Shown here: one piece after another, positions 55,582-64,000 of the stretch
How positions within the stretch are numbered: the first letter of the stretch is position 1
Layout: each line of letters begins with the position of its first letter
The notes under the pieces: generated by a model
The model's input: only the letters and a program-made list of their open reading frames with translations
Told to the model about the DNA's origin: nothing
Databases searched by the model: none
Source of the DNA: Catajapyx aquilonaris
Lineage: Eukaryota
Length of the DNA stretch: 64,000 bases
Direction of reading: 5' to 3'
Assembly (NCBI GenBank): GCA_000934665.2
Contig: JYFJ02000088.1
Location: 124,001-188,000, forward strand
Made by a program: the position numbers and the translations under genes

Positions 55582-58500
55582 CTAATATACCCTTTCATAT
55601 ATTCGGATTGGATATGTCAGCTGATTTCCTCTATCCCACGTGAAGAGTTCCTGTCAAAAAATAAGCAACAATCGTGTTTTTAATTGAAATGAAATTTAAT
55701 GCCATTTGACTAATTTGTAGTTGTAAGAATCATTGCGCTGATTACATACCCGCATTCTTGGGTTGTAGCTGACCATTGTGGTATAGGTAAATGGATTGGC
55801 AAACGAGATGTCAACATCCTTAAGTTCGCTGTCATACAAATCCAAAGCGAATCTGCAAAGTTCAATTTTTAGTAAAACTGATGAGTATAAAAATAATGTT
55901 ATTGCGTTACTCTCACCTGATTTTTGTCTTTCTTAGCTGCGTATTGTCAACAGCGTACAGGACTCCGCATATTATGAACATGTCACCAACTTTTTTATGA
56001 TCTATGTAAATATTATAAGCTCGTGAGATCTTCAGGTCAGTGCTAGAAGTATTAATCTTCAGCACCGCAGTATTATTTTCATCAGGCAATCCATAGATGA
56101 CCCATAGCCCATTTTCGTCTACTGCCAAATCTACTGTGGACACCTGCATTAAAAATAATGAAAGAATAACATCACTACTGCACATAAAAATGGCACGAAT
56201 ATGAAAATGTCCCTTTTAAAAAACACTCACCGTAGAATTGTAAAGCAGTTCAGTATTATTTTCAGAAACTCCAGGTAAAACCAACACATCGTAATTTTCC
56301 GAGTTGAGTATATCCTGACGCACGAGAGTGAAATTTTCCAGCACATAGTAAAAAGCACCATTATACACTGTATGAAAATTCCCCTGCAAAGTAATAACCT
56401 GTACAATACTATCTCGTTGAATATAAAAATCACAGTACGTTGTTGACTCTGGTTCTCCAGCAGTTTTAAAATAATATAGTGACCCCTCACCTGAAATGGA
56501 CCGACTAGGCGATAGTCTTCGCTAGATTTATTATTCCTAAAGGCCACTTCGTCTGGATACTCGAACAAATGCCTACGTCGACTAGAAATAGTAACCCAAG
56601 TCTTATCAGCATCCATAGAGTGCCTGGGTTCAGCATCACGCATCCAGGCACCATACAGATCATCGCTGTGACGATGATACACTGGCTTGCCAACAGCTTT
56701 GAGTTCACACTCTGAAATGATATCAGTGATCGACAGGTGTCCTAAGGATTTGCATATGACATGTGAACTCACTCCTTTTTCGAGGAGCATCTTCAACAAG
56801 TTCATGTCCTTCAGTATCTAAGAGCTCTACTTTGAATCGACCGACCAGGTCATACAAAGAGAGGCTTCCTTCACGGCATCGTGTCTCGGTGTGCGAAATA
56901 CATGGTGCACATGACCCCCTAGCTCTGCAGACATCGTCCAGGTCCACTGGTTCTGGAGGCTCTTTGCCGAAGGATGTTTCTCCACCGTCTTGGCTCGTGT
57001 TAACGTCATCCGGAGCCTGAGTACCTTCTCCTTCTTCAGCTGTTTCATCTGTCAGATATACAGGGTGTTAATCCTAAGCGTGTCACCAGAAAAGGTGGTG
57101 GTAGAGGGCGCAGGTGTGAGCATTTTTGCATAAGGAACTAGGGGTCGGAAACGAACCCTCACCGAGTCACACAGCCTGCCGCAAACTTGAAAGGGGCGTA
57201 ACTCGGTGAGGGTGCGTTTCCGACCCCTAGTTCCTTATGCAAAAATGCTCACACCTGCGCCCTCTACCATCACCTTTTCTGGTGACACGCTTAGGATTAA
57301 CACCCTGTATTGTTTCAATTTGACTTGCGTCACAACCGTTGCACCACAGCTCACCTCGTAGTATGAACGTGCCCTTAGTCATCCCTTGTTCATTTTTGGT
57401 AGTGCAATGATACGTCCCCAAATCTGAAGGCATCACGTTGGAAATATTTAGTTGCATATGAAGCTGAAAAATATGATTGACTGTACTCGAGTATTGATAA
57501 TAATATGACATATGATGCTACCTTGTATATGCTATGTGTTGTATGAGTTATGACGTTTCTAGTTCCATTTTGAATCAGAGCTCCGTCAGGTCCCTCCCAT
57601 GATGTTGCTGCCTCGGGAAACGCTTCGACATAACAGTCTAATGTCACGTTTGATCCTTTAGTTGCGTTCACTAGTTGGCTTTTGATGCGTATGTAAGGAG
57701 TAACTGCAAAAAAATTGAAGCTTGTAAAAATAGGAATGACTTGAGACTAATTAGCCACCTAGACTAATTAGACACTAGTTATGCAGAGGATTATGTAAAT
57801 TACACAATCCCGGTTCTGATTTATATTCATAGGCTGCAAGTAAGTTGATCAATGTTGTAAAACTTACAGTGGACGTGCACCGAAAACTTCCTGCTGACTG
57901 AAGGAGGCACACTGTTCGAGGCGTGGCATACATAAGTACCCATTTGTTTCCTTGTGATCTTAGGCAAATTCAGTTCAAAACCCGATTCTGAAGTACCTTG
58001 AACCAGAAGATATCAAAATGTTACTGTAGCCGTTATGGTAATTATTATTTTCATGAATATATTGTCAATTTACTTCATATGATATAGGTTGTGCCAATTA
58101 GAGACTTACTTCTCCAGGATTCATTGAATATGGGAGTTCCATCCTCTAATCTCCAGGTGACAATGGGCTGAGGTGTTCCAGAAACAGGACAGCCCAGGCG
58201 TACATTTTGTCCTTCTTCAAACTCCATAACTGCAGGGGTGATTGTTGCACCCTCGGAATCTGTAATTGTATTGTTGTGGTATGAACCAGTTATTAGTGTC
58301 ATCTGTAATTATTTACCAGGGAAGGATGGAGGAATAAGAAGTTCTGTTGCTATAGTGTTGTTGACCATCCAAGCCCTGATGCCTGGTTGTCCAGCTTTCC
58401 CCGGGATTCCATTTCTTCCAGGAATTCCAGGAAGGCCTGAGTTGTAATTATGGAAATAATTTTGAACATTTCTGCACTCATTTAATTTTAATAATGAATA

Positions 58501-60047
58501 TATACCTCGAGGACCCGATTCTCCTTTGACTCCTGTGGGACCCGGCCGTCCTGATGATAAAAAAATTATTGCATTAAAATGTCTGTATAAAAAGAGTATA
58601 TTAGGATTTTCAATTTATAATTTCACCATCAGTTCCATTATGTCCTGGATATCCTGGAATCCCATCCAGTCCGGGAGGTCCTGGAAATCCTCCCCGTCCG
58701 TCCATTCCAATTCGTCCTGGCCTCCCATCATGACCGTGTGCTCCAGGAAGTCCGTTCAGTCCGGGACTACCATCCTTTCCTAAATTGAACACATTAAAAA
58801 CTCAGTGCTTCGAGGAGCATATCACAAAATAACTCAAATTCCATCTAAATGTGACTGTTCTGCATTAATTTTTGCAAATGTAAGTGCAAATTTTTATTGA
58901 TAAATAATCCAAGAGATGGACGTTTCTACTGATGAATCGTAATCTTATGGCTCGAATTTATGTCATTCGGCCCAAACAGTTCGCCATCAAGAGGTGACGG
59001 CCTCCATTGACTTGACTGTGTCCTACTTAACGAAGGCTATGTTTATACGGGGGAACTGTATCTCAGAGGTCTTTGAAAGGATCAAGGAGATTCTCAGAAA
59101 AACAATTGCACCCTTGATGACCAGTAGAATACGAAAAACTCTGATAATGACCAAGTTGCACTATAGTATGAGAAATAGAAAACTCTATTTATAGCCATGA
59201 CTGAATAAGAGGGTTAGAGACGTCGGAGTTAGTACCTACTTACCCTTAGGACCCATGGGACCAGGTATGCCTGTAGGTCCTGGAGGTCCTCTTGGTCCCA
59301 GTCCACCAAGAATACCTCGTTCTCCACGATCCCCCTTTCTTCCAGGATTTCCCTGCATTCCAGGCGGTCCAGGACGACAATATTCTCTCGTAGCTGAGCA
59401 AAACTCTTCAATTGCTTGCAACTATTAAATAAGAACAAATACGCAAAGTGGTGATTTGCTTACGTTCGCAATAAGCAATCAGGATAATATTTGGTTAGGT
59501 TAGGTTAGGTTAGGTTAGGTTAGGTTAGTGTGAACAACCCCTTCTTCACCTAACTTATATGTATAATAAAAAATGTACTAACCGGAATTCTTGCATATGA
59601 GGTTAGCCATACCCAGGAGCTATCTTCTTCCTCACCCGGAGCCACACTACCTTCACCCATATCCTCTCTAAGTTTTGGGTCTATGAACTCGACATTGGCT
59701 TTGGGTAAGTTTCTCAAACCTCCGCCCACACGTCTCTTGTGTCTGGGTGGTCCAGATGACCAATGCTCCGGGTCATAATTGTGCATGGGCCATAATGTGG
59801 GCTCAGGTTCGGGTACGGGAGGTCCCTTCGGTTTAGTCAATGTCTGTACGTACGAGTTAGGTGATGGTGTATGTGGAAGTGGAACCTCGACTGGATGAGT
59901 GCATCCGTCTTGGATTCTTCGGTGTAACCAGTAAAACCCGCATAGTTCGGTCACACACAGACACGACACCAGAAAGTAGAGGAACTTGATATGTGGAAAG
60001 GGTTTTCCTTTGCTCGTAGTATTTTCTGCGTCGTGATGATTGACCAT
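55582..60047 (-). CDS. Gliomedin/colmedin-like protein, copy B (~859 aa)
   Basis: Same architecture as copy A ([18 protein letters not shown], collagen, 2 Ig, OLF). Exons 59583-60047, 59244-59421, 58627-58779, 58506-58550, 58317-58436, 58110-58259, 57868-57996, 57522-57703, 57355-57463, 56773-57048, 56491-56711, 56231-56383, 55917-56143, 55750-55852, 55582-55650. Confidence 0.92.
57061..57307. mobile_element. Young Tc1/mariner-type MITE (247 bp, ~110 bp near-perfect arms)
   Basis: TA|CAGGGTGTTAATCCTAAGCG ... CGCTTAGGATTAACACCCTG|TA, with a 27 nt spacer. Confidence 0.95.
59495..59528 (+). repeat. (TTAGG)6+ interstitial telomere-type repeat
   Basis: Six perfect TTAGG units plus TTAG in intron 1 of copy B. 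Confidence 0.9.
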
Positions 60048-62429
60048 GGTTCTGGTCAGCTATGGCCTACTGCCCTCGCCCTATCTCTGAGTGCAGCCAA
60101 GGCGGTTTTGTGGTTCTTATTCTGGTGGTCTATATGTCGATAGAGGGAAGCAGCAGATAGGACAAATGTTGTTTACTTCTCTACACTGCACTGACTTGCA
60201 GCCTAGTGAGACAAGATATGTATGCTTCACTTATTTTGTGACACCAATTTGATTCAAATTAATTTCATATTTTTTGACGCCGTTTTGAAAAAAATCAGGA
60301 ATGAATGCATAGCTTGACGTAATGACACTTTATGATGAACCTTGTTGTCCTTCTTTACGCGTATCGGAAAACCATGGATTTATAGGACAAGTTATACAAA
60401 CTTGAGCCTTTGCCACGATACGGTAGTAATTTTTTCTTCACATAGATGGCATGGTACACATTATTATGACGGATCAATTAATTTCAATGCTTCCTTTGTC
60501 ACCCATATGCAAAACATTAAGCATTAATGCGAGGATGCTTTTTGTACTTACATGATGTTTTGGCATATCCTGGCAAGTACGCCTCCCTCCGCGTGGCCTA
60601 GTTTACGTAGAAATACAGTTGGTCACCGGTTTTAGTTATCCACGGTTCATAAACATATGTTACATTTAAAAATTCAACCTGTATTTTTATCACAGTACTG
60701 CCTATATAAATGATGTGCACATCATTCAAAATAATATATTGTGTTCTAATATAAAGGGGACAGCCTTCCCATCGAGGGGCCTCTGACCCATGATTCCTCC
60801 TATGATTGTCAACATAAGCCGCTCATAAATGGAAAATATGTCTACAAACCTCGCTACAAACACATAAAAGATATGTACTGGATTATTTATATATAGCATT
60901 TATGTAGGACCGGCGTGGTTATTTATTGCCAGTATGTCAACATTATAAAGATGAAAAGTTTTATATCATCATGGCATGCATGATATGCCTGACACTGCCC
61001 AGTGCTGCTCCCATACAACTATATTTTTAAACCTTACAACACCCTTACCATGATGGCTTAATTGCATTAATGACTTAAAATAAGGAAAACCTCTCTTTAC
61101 CATTATGGATTGCATATTATTGGCCTTGACTCTGAACATTCTATCGTAGCAACATGTGACTACAGGACATGACCTTTGCCTTTGCCTTATGTAGCAATTT
61201 AACTTCTTATGAACTTCGATAGCTCTTCTAGAGGGAAAAATGATGACGTTTGACAGGCACAGCGCATTTTCCTTTTTTCCTCATTGTAAAGGGGGCCTGA
61301 ACTGGGCCACGGGAATCCAACTCCGACAAAAATACTTTTCTTTGTGGTTTGAAGATATCTCCAGACAACAAGTAACACTTTTGCACTTGGCGCACTTCCA
61401 TTTCATTGACGTAGATATTCCGAGTGCATTACGACGAGTGCAACATACCTTGCATATGTTGCTTAGACAGATATCCATTTCAATTAGTGTTTTTGTTTCA
61501 TCAATGAGGTGATATTAAACAGTCAATTTGCTACAGTTACATTTACGGGCATCAAAATAATTACCTCTAAGACCCCAAATTGCATTGATTATCCGAAAAG
61601 ACACTGCTGACGATATTGAAGCTCATTAACATCCTTTAGTCAATTTAACATAATAAATACTGTGTTAGCATCTAATAACTTCTGTAAAAAAAACTGCTGA
61701 ATATATAACACATCAGAAAATTTCCGATCAAACTCTTAAAAGTGAATATCTCCCCTAACTTTAACCCTGTTATTATTGTGTATCCCCCATTATCTTTGCT
61801 CTTGCTTCACATATACTGATACTACGCACGGAAAAACGAAAAAAAATTATTGTTACAGGTCAGTAACACTGCTCATAGTGGCAACAACTTCTCGTGGCGT
61901 AATGTACTTATACTGTATATAATTATTGCTTCTAATCACATCGCGACATTTTACTCCTTCACAGGCTGATGGCGCAGGCTGGTCACCACTTCCTGCTTTA
62001 CGTACTGTACTCATGAGATTTTGACTTGGAGATGTGAGACTAATACTATGAAATTGTCACTGCATACGGTATAGTCATTAATGCACAGAACTATATTCTG
62101 GTAATTTCAGTACTAAGCCTACCATAAATTTTATACATCACGCACCTTTGGAACTACCCAAGATAACGACGTAGTAACGCGTTATATAGTAATAGTCCAT
62201 ACCGACATCTAATATTGTAAGAAGTCATTTTTTTTGGAATATGTCCAAATACTGTTCATTTCATCATATTGTACATCAGCGTGATTTATCATTCGTGAGG
62301 CAACAAAATAATATGCAACTTTCGAATTCTTCCTTTGGAATTCCGAGTTTATGATATATGGGGAATTAAATTTGGGTATACACAACAGATCTCATAATAT
62401 TAATACCCTGGCTCTACTTTATAATGATA

Positions 62430-62647
62430 TTTAAGGAGGTTGGCCCAGCATTGCCTTTCAACCTCCAAGGATCGGGAAGGAAGGAAGCGGCTGTGGCCTA
62501 TTATACGGAAGCGACCCCGGAATTATCCTAGAAAGACCGTGGAAAACCACAGAAAACCACGGTCAGGGTTGCTGGCCCCGGGATTCGAACCCAGGACCTC
62601 CCGATTAGCAGTCGGACGCCTTATCCACTATGCCAACCTGCTTCGGT
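62430..62647 (-). mobile_element. tRNA-derived SINE
   Basis: A box TGGCATAGTGG, B box GGTTCGAATCC, insect-SINE-like body GGTTTTCTGTGGTTTTCC...TAGGCCACAGCCGCTTCCTTCC and 3' hairpin GGAGGTTG...CAACCTCC. Confidence 0.85.
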
Positions 62648-64000
62648 TACTCTGGCTTTACTGTCGGATTTTTATTATTTATATTTTTATGAACCTTAGT
62701 CTGATTGGACTTGGGTTTCTTTATTAATATACTTCGTCATACGAAATAACTTAGGCGCAATTAATTTCGTCACGTTATTTCAAATAGGATGACGTCTGTG
62801 GGCGGGGCAGAAAATCCAATGGATTTGTCCTGTCCTCTGATGAGTCTGATAGGCCTACTCCATTTCGGAATAATCATCAGCAGATTACTCGTTTGCGTAA
62901 CGCGGGAGAAATGCCAATTTTTGCGCCAAGTCAGTGCCAGATATGTCACTCACTGCCATATCGCCAGCTTCCAGGGTACATGACCCTACACATAGGTCAG
63001 CGGATTAAGCAGTAGCGTCACCCTGATAGTGCATTTTACAATTTGTCTCCATTAATGCTATTAATTAATTAATTATCTTTCTGCCAGATATTCAGATAGT
63101 TTTTATGGGACAATTCGATTGACATGGCCTAATTGGCACTTGTTATGGTAATAAACCGGATAAATATCTGGTTTATTTGCCCAGATAGAGAGAGAAATTA
63201 GCGTACAACCATGAATGAATGATGATATACGCCTATACATTGTTTATTCAACGTAGAGTTCCTGTAACAAAAAATTATATCAGTAAATATTTTCTCTGAG
63301 ATTATCAGTTTTTATGAAACCGTTTATTTTCAGAATGTTGCGCGTAAATATAATCAGCGTTAGTAATATTTAAAACTGACTCTGGCAAGAACGTTTCACA
63401 AGTAGTTGATAGAAACAATCATCCTATCAACTTCTTGGGATGGGATATACACCGTATACTTAATATAAATTTAATATAAAACAATCGATAATTCGGGGTG
63501 TTTTCATTTAAAAATGGTACATTAGGTTATAACTCTGAAACAAATGGGCGTGAGGAAATATTCTTCGGTTTTAAAGCAGGACAAGAAGATTCGTCCACAT
63601 TAATTTATAAACTGTATAATATATTATATACTATGTAATGTAATTGGAGGTAGGCCTGTATTAAACACAATCATTTATTTGCAAAATGCGTTGTCAAGAT
63701 CTTGTAACGGATTTTCCTATTCCTTTATGTAACAAGCAATCATATGATTGTGCAGCCACTGCAATATAGGATATACCGTACTCTGTACGTTGAATTCACC
63801 ATCCAGTTGGCATATCCTGATTTTTCTAGAATTATTCAAAATCCTCGATTTCCCCCGAGATACGCTTAATTCTCGCCTTCAATTGAAAACAACATTGCTT
63901 AACCCATCGGCGCGCACAAGTTCTTCCTTTTTGCCAAGTACGGTGGGTGCGTCACGTGTCTTCACATAAAACGAGTTATCTCATTGGGAGGTCAACCCAA

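Noticed and set aside
62570..62645. tRNA-like sequence on the minus strand
   Set aside because: No proper acceptor stem, and it continues into a SINE body.

Overview
This is eukaryotic genomic DNA, most likely from an arthropod (many 45-110 nt introns, TTAGG repeat, ionotropic receptor, insect-type tRNA-SINEs). It is not prokaryotic, and most entries in the ORF track are exon fragments or noise. Splice models were built by hand, left to right: a ~400 bp palindrome holding two identical head-to-head tRNA-Gln(CTG) genes; single-minded (sim, 9 coding exons, minus) with a long upstream regulatory region; thymidine kinase TK1 and survivin/BIRC5 in tandem (minus); EDRF1 (13 exons, minus, one GC-AG intron); a small orphan secreted or GPI-like gene head-to-head with a divergent DPY-30-domain gene; a divergent ionotropic receptor; and two tandem 15-exon gliomedin/colmedin-like genes (TM-collagen-2xIg-olfactomedin). 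Several MITEs (some nested), two SINEs and a transposase remnant are interspersed. The most notable observations are the tRNA palindrome, TK1-BIRC5 adjacency (these genes are also close neighbours in human), four essentially loop-less short palindromes in the sim locus, a MITE inside a mini-intron next to the splice acceptor, and the orphan gene. No CRISPR or clearly novel multi-gene system is supported. All identifications come from motif recognition, not database searches.
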